NCBI RefSeq assembly: GCF_006345805.1
Contig: NW_021833603.1
Coordinates: 11,469 to 75,468 of the forward strand
Origin: Octopus sinensis
Taxonomy: Eukaryota
Length of the DNA: 64,000 nucleotides
Direction: 5' to 3'
Within the stretch, counting starts at the first letter, position 1. Each line of letters begins with the position of its first letter. Positions 13,768-28,137 of this stretch are shown here, in pieces. The position numbers and the translations under genes were made by a program. The notes beneath the pieces are model-generated. The model was not told the origin of the DNA. It did no database searches and was given only the letters and a program-made list of their open reading frames with translations.

Positions 13768-14089
13768 CAGTGATTCTCAAAGTGGGCAGTATTACCCCAC
13801 CCCCACCCCACCGAGGGAGGAGGTGGAAAGTTCCAAGGGGGCGTCGAAGAAACGTGGGGCGATGATGAGGTAGCGATTCATGTAAAAATTAGGGCGATAA
13901 TGGGGTTAGCAGTTCATGTAAAAACAACATAAAAGGTTTATTAGGTGAAGTTTTATTTATAAAATACAGTTGCTTTGAATTTGCTTCAGAAAGCGGTCTA
14001 TGTTTGTGATGGTTAGTTGGGGTGGTGCTGCTAGGAATGTGGACTGAGTGTCAACGGGGCGGCAGCCCAAAAAAGTTTCGGAACCACTG
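13768..14089. mobile_element. hAT MITE
   Basis: CAGTGATTCTCAAAGT...AGTTTCGGAACCACTG ends; 8-bp TSD ttttaaac/tttcaaac. Confidence 0.8.
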
Positions 14090-14186
14090 TTTCAAACCAT
14101 AACCTCAATTGTATACGATGCATATTTTTCAACATACAAAGGTAAAAATATTAGTTTGCCTGCAACTATTTGTGTTTGGGCAAGAT

Positions 14187-14226
<40 letters not shown>

Positions 14227-14730
14227 TGTGTGTGTGTGTGTGTGTGAAGTGTGTGGTTGAAATCACCTTGAAGAAGGTATTTCTTTTCCATTTACTTTGG
14301 TGAATAACGCTTACGTCAGGAAGAAGTGACAGCAGTAGACGGTATCTAACGATCATCGGGTTTTTTAAGCTATTACCTCATCGCATACAATGCGTGTTTC
14401 CCATTTGACAAAGACAAAAATACTCTGCAGTATTTCTTTTATTCTTTTACTTGCTTCAGTCATTTGACTGCGGCCGTGCTGGAGCATCGCCTTTAATCGA
14501 ACAAATCGACCCCAGGACTTATTCTTCCCAAGCCTAGAACTTATTCTATCGTTATTTCGCTAAACCGCTATGTTACAATCCTAAAGTATGCATGTATGTG
14601 GATATATATATACATATATACATATATACATATATACATATATATGTATATATATATATATATAATATATATATATATATATAGGTATATATTAGATATA
14701 GATATTATGATAGATAGATAGACAGATAGC

Positions 14731-14763
<33 letters not shown>

Positions 14764-14769
14764 CAGATA

Positions 14770-14847
<78 letters not shown>

Positions 14848-16395
14848 TAGATAATAATATATATAATATAGATAGATAGATAGATAGATATATATATATA
14901 TATATATATAACGGGAAGCTTTATGAAAATAAACAAAAGACGAAGGCAGGTGGAGTACAAACAACAATTGTATTAGTATGGCGCTCAGGATATAATAAAA
15001 CAAGTCTTTTACGTTTCGAGCCTACGCTCTTCAACAGAAAGATACACAGAAAAGAAACACGGAGAGAAACAAGGAGAGAAAAAAAATGCGTACAGAAGCT
15101 AGCGAATCAACATGGCGATCTGATTCCGGCCAGAAGTCAAAGATCAAACGTGAGACGCAAGAGCGAAAATAGGGGAGATAACAGGGTCAAATGACCACGC
15201 CCCAACATAAGGGTGTGTGTGTGTATGAGAGAGTATGTAGTGCGTATGAAAGGTCTGGACGTGTGTATGTATGTATGATGTGATTTGTAATGTCGTATGG
15301 TGTAGTGTAGAGAGAGGAGATGAGGGGGAGAGGGGAGGGGGATGGAGGAGGATGGAGGAGAGGGGGGAGATAAGGGGGAGAACTACCTTAAGAACGTGAA
15401 CCGAATACCTTAACCACTAAGCCACGCGCCTGTACTTGTAAACTTGTATGTAACAGACTGAGTCTGTTAGTGAGATGGTTGCGTTTACATTGAAATTTTC
15501 TGAATATACAAAGTCACCAAGGCCCACTTTGCCTTTCATCCTTTCGGGGTCTATAAATTAAGAAGCAGTAGCGTACTAGGGTCGATCTAATCGACTGGCC
15601 CCCTCCCACCAAATTTCGGGCCTTGTGCCTAGAGTAGAAAAGAATCGTTACCGCGATGGGCAAAAGGCTTAGCAGTATTTCGTCAGTCTCTACGTACTGG
15701 GATAAAATTCCGCCGTGGTGACATTCGGGGTCGATTTAATTGACTTACTCTCTTCTCGAATTTGCTGGCCTTGTGCCAATAGTTGAAACCAGTATCTATT
15801 TCAATGCAAAGGTGACAAGCTGGTGGAATCGTTAGCACACCGGGAAAAAATAGCGGCATTTCGGTCTTTATGTTCTGAGTTCAAATTCCGCGAGGTTGTC
15901 TTTTCTTTTTATCTTCCCAGGCTCGATAAAAGAAGTACCAGTTGAACACGAGGGTAAGTGTAATCGACTTAGCCTCACTCCACCCATGAAATCAATCATA
16001 TTTTACCAGAGTCAATATATTTTAATTCATTGCTAAGAATGCAGCAATCAAGTATTGGACGCGATGGTATTGACTAATCTACTCCACTCAAATCTGTTAG
16101 CCTTCTGCCTAAATCAGAAACTATTTATAGCGCCAAAGCTGTGAGCAGGCAGAATGGTTGGGGCATCGGACATTTCATGCGCAATTTTTCTGTACCGTCA
16201 CTTCTGACGAAGTTAACTTTGCTTTTCATCTCTCCGTAGGCGACAAAATAAATTATCAATCAAGTACAAGAGTCGATAATATCGACTGCTGCCCCACCTC
16301 TAAAAAATTGCTGACCTTGTGCCTAAATCAGAAGCTATTATAAAAGATCCATTTGCATTTGAATACTTTTAAAGAAATGCTGCCAGCTGGCCACC

Positions 16396-16476
<81 letters not shown>

Positions 16477-16477
<1 letters not shown>

Positions 16478-17346
16478 TGTTGACAATGCATAGAATGCAC
16501 CACCCTAAGGCAGATACAGAACGACTTTATCTGCCAAGAAAAGGGGGGGCCGTGGACTTTTACAACTGGCAATAACAATGAAGATTGCTACAATTGGCCT
16601 AGACACCTACCTGTAAAACTCTGAGGACTGGATGTTAAAACTTGTCTCAAAACATGAAAACAGAAAGCATCATACTCAGTAACAAAACAGGCAAAGGAAT
16701 ATCTAAGTGAATTCCGAATACAACAAATTTCGGATTAGAGATAGACATACAAGAAACAGGCACAGAAAAAGCTAAGCGCATGAAAACCCGTGCTAAATCT
16801 GCGGCCTTAGATATTCTGAATGATAAATGGCAAGAAAAACCTCTCTATGGCAAATACCCAAAGAGAACAAATAATGCAGATGTTGACAAAGCCCTGACCC
16901 ATCAATGGCTAATGGCCTCTGGCTTAAAATCTGAAAGAGAGGGGTTTATCATAGCAGCTCAAGATCAATGCCTACTAACAAGAAACTACCACGCCAACAT
17001 ATTAAAGATCAGAAGCAGTCCAACGTGTCGTGTATGCAAGCAACAAAATGAAACCATTGACCATGTGGTCTCCAAGTGCAGTCTTCTAGCGCCTACAGAG
17101 TATCTCAACAGGCACGATAGAGCTGCACAATATATTCACTGGGTAATCTGTAAAAACCTGGATTTGCCCCATGAAAAAAACTGGTGGGAACACAAACCAC
17201 TCCCATTGCTTGAAAATGACTACATCTCACTCCTCTGGAACTTCACAACAACATAACAACATGAACTTCCAACCCTGTTGTCTCTTGAGGTCTCTGGGTG
17301 AGACTTGGAGCCAACTTGTACAAATATAAAGCAAAAGTCAAACATA

Positions 17347-17348
<2 letters not shown>
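16477..17348 (+). mobile_element. R4/Dong-type RLE LINE (family 1), 5'-truncated, endonuclease region deleted
   Basis: MHHPKAD motif and CCHC knuckle CRVC...H....C; jumps from LWNFT straight to the 3'UTR; (AAT)n on both sides. Confidence 0.88.
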
Positions 17349-17377
<29 letters not shown>

Positions 17378-17378
<1 letters not shown>

Positions 17379-19430
17379 TCACAACAAGCGCAGAAATCTC
17401 AACTCCGCATGGATTGACTATAAAAAGGCCTTCGACAGTATACCGCATCCATGGATCTTGAGATCGCTGGACATCTTCAAAATTTCCCCTGTGATTTCAA
17501 ACTTCCTGAAGCACAATATGTCGTTGTGGGATACGAATCTCCAATTATACCACTCTAATGGAGTACTTGCCTCAGAAAATATAAACATCAACTGTGGAAT
17601 TTTCCAAGGTGACTCACTTTCACCTTTAATATTCTGCATAGCCCTAATACCCCTTAGAAGTGAAATAAACAGAACAGGGTATGGGTATAAAATTGCCAAT
17701 AAAAAAATAAGCCATCTATTTTATATGGATGACTTAAAACTCTATGGTAAAGACGATAATGAACTTGAAGGCCTATTGCACACTGTGAAAGCATTCAGCG
17801 ATGACATCGGGATGGAGTTTGGGCTTGAGAAGTGTGCCAAGGCCACTTTCCACAAAGGGAAAGTGAAGACCACAAATTCAGTCGTGTTAGATGTTGACAC
17901 AGTCATACGAGAGCTTGAGCAAGAACAAACATACAAATATTTAGGGATAAATGAAGGCTCTGGTATTCAGCATTCAAGCATGAAAGAGAAGATCAGGAAG
18001 GAATGTTATAGGAGAGTTCGTGCAGTCCTGAAATCTGAACTAAATGCACGTAACAAGGTGTTAGCTATAAATTCCTTAGCAGTTCCAGTTGTTACTTATA
18101 GCTACAATGTGTTGAACTGGAATATGAGTGAAGTAAAGAATATAGATAGGAAATACGAAAGCTGCTGAGTTGTAATAGGATGCACCACCCAAAGGCAGAC
18201 GTAGATCGCCTTTACCTTCCCAGAGCCCAAGGAGGTCGAGGCCTGATCCAATTTGAACTAGCTTACAAAACAACCACAATTGGACTGGCCAAATATCTTG
18301 AAATAACGAATGACTGGATGCTAAAGCTCGTGGAAATCACGAGAGACGAAAGAAGCTTCATTCTATCATAAAGCAAAGCAAAAATTTGCTATTGATCTCG
18401 TGCAGGATACCAAACTGAACAACCCGAGGGAAGTACAACTATTGTTGCAAAGAAGGTGAAAATAATGGCAACGAAAAAGCGCACGAGCAATTGGCTGATA
18501 GGTGGGAGGAGAAACCTCTGCATGGCAAATATGTGGCCCGCAGCAAACAAGCTGATGTTGACCAGAAGCAAACCCATCAGTGGCTACGGAGCTCAGGGCT
18601 AAAAGCAGAGAGCGAAGGTTTCATCCTGGCTTATCAAGATCAAAGCCTATTAACCCGGAACTACCAGGCCAATGTCATGAAAAATGGAGCAGGCCCAAAA
18701 TGCCGATTCTGCAACGACATGATTGAAACAGTGGACCACCTAATCTCTGGATGTAAAGTCTTAGCACCAGTGGAGTATAAATTAAGACATGACAGAGTTG
18801 GCCAATATCTCCACTGGCTAATAAGTCGGCATTACAATATCAGAACTGCCGACAAGTGGTATAATCACCACCCTGAAGCTGTAACTGAAGGAGAAAATGT
18901 AACGATTTTGTGGGACTTTCCAGTACATACAGACCGAACCATCAAAGTCAATAAACCAGATATTGTTGTGAAAGACCAAAACTATAAAGTTTGCTTATTG
19001 ATCGACATGAGCATCCCCTGTGATCATAATATCTCGGCGAAAGAATTTGACAAGCTCAGAAAATATAAAGACCTGCTCATTGAAATTGAGAAAATGTGGC
19101 ATCTCAAGGCGGTTACAATACCAGTGATCGTAGGAGCACTAGGAATGATCAAGAAGGGAACAGAAAATTATGAGAATGATCCCTGGCTTACCATCCCTGC
19201 AAGAAGTGCAAAAGATTGTCTTAACTGGTACATCACACGTATTGAGAAGAGCATTGTCGATGTGAGAACTATTACTACCCATGTATTTTAATTTTAACTT
19301 AAAAAAAAAATGAACGAACTATTGAGTTTAGTTTAATGGCCTATCAATGTATACTATGAGTTTCATTGCCCTAGGAGTCGAGAAGACACTCGGCAAGAAA
19401 TGGAAGCAGATTTGAAAGAAGAAAAAAAAA
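17378..19430 (+). mobile_element. R4/Dong-type RLE LINE (family 2): RT, CCHC and PD-(D/E)xK endonuclease, frameshifted
   Basis: WIDYKKAFD, GIFQGDSLSP, HLFYMDDLKL, CRFC...H...GC, RHD, KPDIVV...IDMSIP...K..KYKDL; starts directly after (AAT)n. Confidence 0.92.
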
Positions 19431-19572
19431 ATATTAACAATCATTTCTGCTTTAGGAATAAGGCCCTAAATTTTTGGGCTGGGGTCCAGTCGATTAGATC
19501 GACTCCAGTACGCATCTGCTACCTAATTTATTGGCCCCGAAAGGAGAAACGGTAAGGTCGATCTCGGTGGAT

Positions 19573-19860
19573 TCACAGGTCTGCACTTAGAGACGTACCA
19601 TACACCCTTGCCATTTTTGCAACATTTAACCACCTTTCAGTAAACTCACTTGAGGACAGTACTTGCATCTCCACTCTCAATTTCCTTTTCAAGTGAAACC
19701 TGAAGAAGTCAATGAGAGGAATGTATCTGTCCTCATTCATTTCAGCCTTGTCCACCAAACAAGCTCTTTCGCCACACCCACCAGGCAAAGAAAAACTGCC
19801 TTGCCTGCCCGATTGAAGGAGGGCAGCAGTGCGATCACCACTACAGACTCGGTCGACATC
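19573..19860 (-). mobile_element. Probable L1/Tx1-type LINE ORF2 C-terminal fragment
   Basis: LIDFFRFHLKRKLRVEMQVLSSSEFTERWLNVAKM resembles Tx1-like C-termini (recalled); inserted within a SINE. Confidence 0.45.
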
Positions 19861-19954
19861 TGGTTTAAGCATAAGGACTTCAGTTTTTAGGGGAAGGTTT
19901 TGTTAATAATACTGACCCCAATATTTGACTGGTACTTTATTCTATAGACCCAGA

Positions 19955-20230
<276 letters not shown>

Positions 20231-21082
20231 GTTAAAACCTTTTTGTTGGTACATATATGAAAGTTCTTAGAAAACAATGAAGTAATCCAGTTATGGGACT
20301 TAGCCTGAAAATTTGAAAAAGAAGTCGGGAACAAGAAGCAGGATAATGTAGTCGTTGATAAGAAGGTGAAGACGGTATCTCGTATTTGACGTGGCATGTT
20401 CACTTAATACTAAATAAAGGAAATTGTATAAGTAGAATAGTAATACACACTTGGACTACCAAATTCTCAAATACTGGATTACAGAAGTTTTCAGGGTTAA
20501 ACGATAAGGTCAAAAGATAAGTATCAGTTGTGAATATACTGACGAAGAAACTGAAAGTAAGCTATCAGAAAATAGATCTCAATAAGGGAGTGGCTGTAGT
20601 GCAATAAACTAGTGTGTTGAGATCACTAAGAATTATATAGAGGGTTCTCGACACGGAAGTAAGGATAGGCGTGAACAGCATGGAAGGGCTTTAATAGGAA
20701 GCCTAATTGAAGCACCTAGAGTACGAATACAATATAACAGCAGAATAATTTCGTCTACCTTTGGTACAAAGTCGAAATTTTGTGGGATGGGGACTAGAAA
20801 ATTACATCAATCTTAGTATTCATCTCATTGACCCCGAAAGGGATGAAAAGCAAAGTCGACCTCGACAGAAATTGAACTCAGAACGTGAAGACGTGCGAAA
20901 TGTCGATAAGCGTTTTTTTTTTCCTTTTCCGGCACGTTACCAATTTCGTCCTCTCACAGCCTGATGATTATCGTAAGAGAAGGAAGAGTATAAAGTTAAG
21001 ACTTTTGTTGTTAGTATTTAGTCGTTTTATTGCTGTTGTTGTTTTGTTGTTATTGTTGTTGTTTTGTTGTTGTTGATGTCGA

Positions 21083-21101
21083 TTTCTTCTTTCTCTTCCA
21101 G
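21083..21101 (+). promoter_or_regulatory. Splice acceptor of a 5'UTR intron of the laccase gene
   Basis: Polypyrimidine tract plus CAG (tttcttctttctcttccag), 22 nt upstream of the ATG. Confidence 0.7.
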
Positions 21102-21123
21102 TTTCTAGCTTCGAACTTTAAAG

Positions 21124-23043
21124 ATGTCTGCATTTTTCCTGTTGGTACTGGTACTGATGCTTGTTAACCCGAGTTATGTTACCTTAGCAAGACGTAATTC
21201 CTGCCACTACGAAGACACAGTATGTGAGTTTAGTTTAACCGTTACTCACAAACTACCGATGACTTATCATGGCCATTCAGTCGAAATTATCGACGGCAAA
21301 CTGTATTATTTCCACAAAGGCAAACATTACATCGATGCTGATGATGTATTAACCATGGATGGTTATGATGAGCAATGGTTAGCAATCACTGTAAATGAAA
21401 CTATCCCAGGCCCTACTATTGAAGTTTTCATCAACCAGACTGTCATCATAAAAGTCACAAATGAATTGTGGTCCACTGCTACCAGCTTACATTGGCATGG
21501 AATTGACCAAGTAGGATCTCCATTTATGGATGGTGTTAGCTTTGTTACCCAGTGTCCAATACAACCAAGTGAGTCGTTCATTTACATATTCAATACCACT
21601 AAGACAGGTACATATTTCTACCATTCTCATATCGGATTACAAAGGATAATGGGACTTTATGGAGCACTTATTGTACGGGATAAACCTCCTATTATTCAGG
21701 AGAAGGTTTTAATAATTAGTGAATACAATCACTTTTGGAATGCGAATAAAGCATGGATGAAAACAATCTATTCCAGTGCATTACATGGGAAAAAAACGCC
21801 CGATTTAAGAACATATGATGGAACGTATTTAGGGCAATTTCTGTATACATCTGGTTTAGTAAACGGCAGAGGACGATATTATGACAAACGAGGACATCAC
21901 AATGGGGCACCGTTATCAAGATTTAACGTTCAACAAGATCGAATGTATCGATTCCGAGTTATTTCCGCAGCCAGTGAATTGCCTTTTGAATTTTCAATTG
22001 ATTCCCATCCTCTTCAGATTGTAGCGTCTGATGGAGCAGATTTGAAAGGATCTTTTTACGATTCTGTCATCATACAGCCAGGAGAACGATATGATTTCTT
22101 CATAACAACTAACAAAGACATAAAAAATTATTGGATTCGAGGTAAAACGTTAACAGAGAATCTAAATCAAACATTCGAAGCCATATTATCATACGAAGGA
22201 GCCTCAGATACAGATCCGACCAGCAGAAGCAAAAACTGTAGTCGTACAGTCTGTGATGTCCTCAACTGTCCATTTATGTATTTTCCAGTAAAATATAATA
22301 AAAGATGCCATTCCATTTCTGGTCTCCGTTCGCCTAAAGTTCAAAATGTACCAAAGTATGAAGAGCACCATTGGGAAGAATATTTTCTTAATTTCGCTTT
22401 TCCTAATGGTACAGCTTCCGTGAATGGACGAAGTTTTCTTTATCCTCATGTCAACCCATTGCTCCAACCAAATGAAGTAAAAACATTGTGCAAAGAAACT
22501 GAATGTGGTCCTGGAAAAACTTGCTCATGCACGCATTCAATAACGTTATCAAATGGTAATAATGTTCAACTAGTTTTAACAAATATGCACAGACTTTATG
22601 GAGTTTCTCACCCTATACATTTACACGGCCATTCTTTTCATGTGGTGAAAATGGGTTTTCCTACCTATAACAAAACAACAGGAAAATTAATTTCAATTAA
22701 TAAGGATATCATGTGTTACGGTGACACGGGGTATGAATATTGTAATAATCCAGTCTGGCGAAATAAGACATGGAAAGGAGACAATATACCCGGATTGAAT
22801 TTAGTAAACCCTCCCTTAAAGGATACTGTAACATTACCCTCAGGTGGTTACGTTGTTGTCAGACTGAAAGCCAATAATCCTGGCTTATGGTTTATGCATT
22901 GCCACATGGCATTTCATACCTTTGAAGGAATGGCTCTGGTAGTAAACGAATCATTTACAGACATACCGACTTGGAAATACCCCTTGCCTAAATGTCGAAG
23001 CGTAAATTTACATGGACATTTTTTTTCTAAAGGGGCAGATTAA
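21124..23043 (+). CDS. Secreted laccase-like multicopper oxidase (3 cupredoxin domains), 639 aa, intronless CDS
   Basis: Hydrophobic signal peptide MSAFFLLVLVLMLV. All four copper-binding signatures intact: HWHG...MDGVSFVTQCPI, GTYFYHSH, HPIHLHGH, PGLWFMHCHMAFHTFEGM. Cys-rich invertebrate-type insert CKETECGPGKTCSCTH. No frameshifts. Confidence 0.96.
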   Translation: MSAFFLLVLVLMLVNPSYVTLARRNSCHYEDTVCEFSLTVTHKLPMTYHGHSVEIIDGKLYYFHKGKHYIDADDVLTMDGYDEQWLAITVNETIPGPTIEVFINQTVIIKVTNELWSTATSLHWHGIDQVGSPFMDGVSFVTQCPIQPSESFIYIFNTTKTGTYFYHSHIGLQRIMGLYGALIVRDKPPIIQEKVLIISEYNHFWNANKAWMKTIYSSALHGKKTPDLRTYDGTYLGQFLYTSGLVNGRGRYYDKRGHHNGAPLSRFNVQQDRMYRFRVISAASELPFEFSIDSHPLQIVASDGADLKGSFYDSVIIQPGERYDFFITTNKDIKNYWIRGKTLTENLNQTFEAILSYEGASDTDPTSRSKNCSRTVCDVLNCPFMYFPVKYNKRCHSISGLRSPKVQNVPKYEEHHWEEYFLNFAFPNGTASVNGRSFLYPHVNPLLQPNEVKTLCKETECGPGKTCSCTHSITLSNGNNVQLVLTNMHRLYGVSHPIHLHGHSFHVVKMGFPTYNKTTGKLISINKDIMCYGDTGYEYCNNPVWRNKTWKGDNIPGLNLVNPPLKDTVTLPSGGYVVVRLKANNPGLWFMHCHMAFHTFEGMALVVNESFTDIPTWKYPLPKCRSVNLHGHFFSKGAD

Positions 23044-24095
23044 ATACTTTTAAGAAACTGTCGTAGTCTTTGAAGAGCATATATTAATATACGAAAGTGA
23101 GAGAGAGAGAGGGGGGCAGGGAGAAAATTTATATACGGGTTTGTGAGGTGTCTATGTATGTATTTGTGTATGAGAGAGATCATGTGTTTGTGTGCGTGTG
23201 TAATATCTGTAGGCATGTGTGTATGTATATATATATATATGTATGCCCATATATACATATACATATATACATATACAGTGTGTGTGAAGGAGTGAGAAGA
23301 TGTGGGTACGCGTGCGTGATTTTTGTAAAGATATATATATATATATATATACATATTTATATATAAATACAAAATGGGACAAGAACGCAAAACACCTGGA
23401 CAGTTAGGTGATATAAAAGGGACAACAAAACATCCAGATAGACGATACAAAGAAAACAAGGACTGGTCATTCGAAGTTTTCTTTTTAGTATACCAAGGAA
23501 CTAGAACAGTTTTCCCTCCATTATCAGATGGATGACAATGGATAAAAGGTTCGAAATAGCTGCATAACTCAACTTTGAAGAAACGTTTATAAATGACCGC
23601 TGGGAAAAGGCATTTGCTTGCTTCATTTGAACAATTGAAACCGTTTTGGGCAATTAAATTTACAATGTTCTTTTCATAATATTGCTAAATTGTTATTATA
23701 TATTATTTACGAGTGGCTGCCAAAACGTTACTGCTTTTGGCAAAAGAAAATACCACTGGATCAGTTATGATTTTCTTCAACATATTCCGCTCTCAAATTC
23801 ACACACTTGTTGCAGTGATCCTTCAGTTATTCCAAGACCTCTAAAACTCGGAGGTTTGGGCCTCCTATCAGGTTTTTCACGATACGCTTAAATTCAGGAA
23901 CTTCTCAGCATCCTTTCGTATAATATAATTTTTATTTGTCATGTTTTTCTCAACTTTATACTGTTATAATAACTCACCCGATGTAAAATTCTGTTAGCAT
24001 TTTTTAAATATTTTTGTCTAAGTAATGTCCCGCTTTTATGTCCTTGGAGAAAATAAAGAAATTATAACTTGAAACCATTATCATTATTATTCTTA

Positions 24096-25646
24096 TTCTA
24101 TGTTTGAATTTTGCTTTACATTTACACAAGACCTCAAGAGACAACAAGTTGGAAGTTCATGTTGGTGTTATGCCTAGGATGCCATATATTTGGATTTTGT
24201 ACTTAGTGTTGTACTAGTGAATGCCTAAAAAACCATACGAAAATTATGAGTTTTTTTTAAAATTGACATTACAAAGAAAGTATTTTGCCTAGGCTATGAG
24301 CAGTTCCCATGAGCACTATCTTTTGAATTTCTGCCATTCTGGGGTTTCCTGGTATCTGAGTTAGGTAGCAATCAGCCCCTTTTGCTATCATTCCCAGGGC
24401 GCCTATGACAACAGGTATTGTTTTAGTCTTCAGGTTCCACATTTTGCTGATTTCTATTTCAAGATCTTTATATTTGCTCAGTTTCTGGTAGGTCTTGACA
24501 GATACGTTTATATCGATTGGGACAGTCATATCAATGAAGATGCATGTTTTTTGTCTGAAGTCTTTTACTATTATGTCTGGCCTATTCGCGTCTATCTTTC
24601 TGTCAGTTTGAATGGTGAAGTTCCAGAGGAGTGAGATGTGGTCATTTTCAAGCACTGGCGGTGGTTTGTGTTCCCACCAGTTTTTTTCAGGGGGCATGTC
24701 CAGGCTTTTGCAAATTACCCAGTGAATATATTGTGCAGCTATATCATGCCTGTTGAGATAATCTGTAGGCGAAAGAAGACTGCACTTGGAGACAACTTGA
24801 TCTGTGGTTTCATTTTGTTGCTGGCATACACGACATGTTGGGCTACTGCAGTTCTTTAAAATGTTGGCCTGGTAGTTCCTTGTAGGTAGGCATTGATCTT
24901 GAGCTGCTATAATAAACCCTTCTGTTTCAGATTTTAAGCCATAAGCCATTAGCCATTGATGGGTCAGGGCTTTGTCAACATCTGTATTATTCATTCTCTT
25001 TGGATATTTGCCATTGAGAGGTTTTTCTTGCCATTTATCATTCAGAATATCTAAGGCAGCTGTTTTAGCACGGGTTTTCATGCGCTTAGCTTTTTCTGTG
25101 CTTGTTTCTTGTGTGTCTAATTCCGGAATTTGTTGCACTTGGAATTCACTTAGGTATTCCTTTGCCTGTTTTGTTAGTGAGTATGATGCTTTCTTGTTTT
25201 CATGTTTTGAGACAAGTTTTAACATCCAGTACTTTAACATCCAGAGTTTTTCAGGTAGGTGTCTAGACCAATTGTAGCAACCTTCATTGTCATTGCTAGT
25301 TGTAAAAGACCACGGCCTCCCTCTTTTCTTGGTAGATAAAGTCGATCTATATCTGCCTTAGGGTGGTGCATTCTATGCATTGTCAACAGGTTTCGTATTT
25401 TTCTGTCAAGATTACATATTTCAGTAATTGACCAGTTTACGATATTGAAACTGTAAGTCACGACTGGCTAAAGCATTGATCGCTTCGATCCTGTTTCTCG
25501 CATTCAGGTCTGTCTTGAGTATTGCACTTACTCTGCGATAACATTCTCTCCTGATCCTTTCCTTCATCATTGAATGCCTTATTCCATCCCCTTCAATTAC
25601 CCCTAGGTACTTGTAGCTCTCCACTGGGTCTAACTCTTTTATGACA
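24096..25646 (-). mobile_element. R4/Dong LINE family 1, 5'-truncated
   Basis: ORF 24269-25240 with CCHC and RPDIIVKD...IDMTVP endonuclease; bordered by (ATT)n. Confidence 0.92.
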
Positions 25647-25692
25647 TGAGTTAGACCCAGTATTATTATTATTATTATTATTATTATAATCA

Positions 25693-27317
<1,625 letters not shown>

Positions 27318-27359
27318 TATTATTATTATTATTATTATTATTCTTCTTATTATTATTAT

Positions 27360-27800
27360 TATATGTTTGACTTTTGCTTTATATTTGTACAAGTTGGCTC
27401 CAAGTCTCACCCAGAGAACTCAAGAGACAACAGGTTGGAAGTTCATGTTGTTGTTATGCCTAGTGTGCCATATATTTGGGGGGCGGTTGGTGTTGTACTA
27501 ATGAATGTCTAAAAAAAAAATTATTATTATTATTGTTGTTGTTGTTGTTGTTGTGTGTTCTTCTTCTTCTTCTTCTTCTTCTTCTTCTTCCTTATTATTA
27601 TTATTAATTTTATTATTATTATTATTATTTATTATTATTATTTATTATTATGTTTGACTTTTGCTTATATTTGTACAAGTTGGCTCTCCAAGTCTCACCC
27701 AGAGAACTCAAGAGACAACAGGTTGGAAGTTCATGTTGTTGTTATGCCTAGTGTGCCATATATTTGGGGGGGGTTGGTGTTGTACTAATGAATGTCTAAA
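27360..27800 (-). mobile_element. Two ~150-bp 3'UTR-only stubs of Dong family 1 (27360-27512 and 27648-27800)
   Basis: Match the 3'UTRs at 27960-28100, 24096-24230 and 17250-17348; each sits in ATT/CTT microsatellite. Confidence 0.85.
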
Positions 27801-27909
27801 AAAAAAATTATTATTATTATTGTTGTTCTTCTTCTTCTTCTCCTTCTTCATCATCTTCTTCTTCTTCTTCTTCTTCTTCTTTTTCTTCTTCTTCTTCTTC
27901 TTCTTCTTC

Positions 27910-27942
<33 letters not shown>

Positions 27943-27959
27943 TATTATTATTATTATTA

Positions 27960-28106
27960 TTCTATGTTTCACTTTTGCTTTATGTCTGTACAAGTTGGCT
28001 CCAAGTCTCACCCAGAGACCTCAAGAGACAACAGGTTGGATGTTCTGTGCCATATATTTGGGGTTATTATTTTTTTTTTGTGTTGTACAAGTGAATGTCT
28101 AATACA

Positions 28107-28137
<31 letters not shown>

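Noticed and set aside
21124-23043. Horizontal transfer or contamination origin of the intronless laccase
   Set aside because: It has invertebrate-type Cys-rich features, host-like AT-rich codons and a spliceosomal acceptor, and it is embedded in host repeats.
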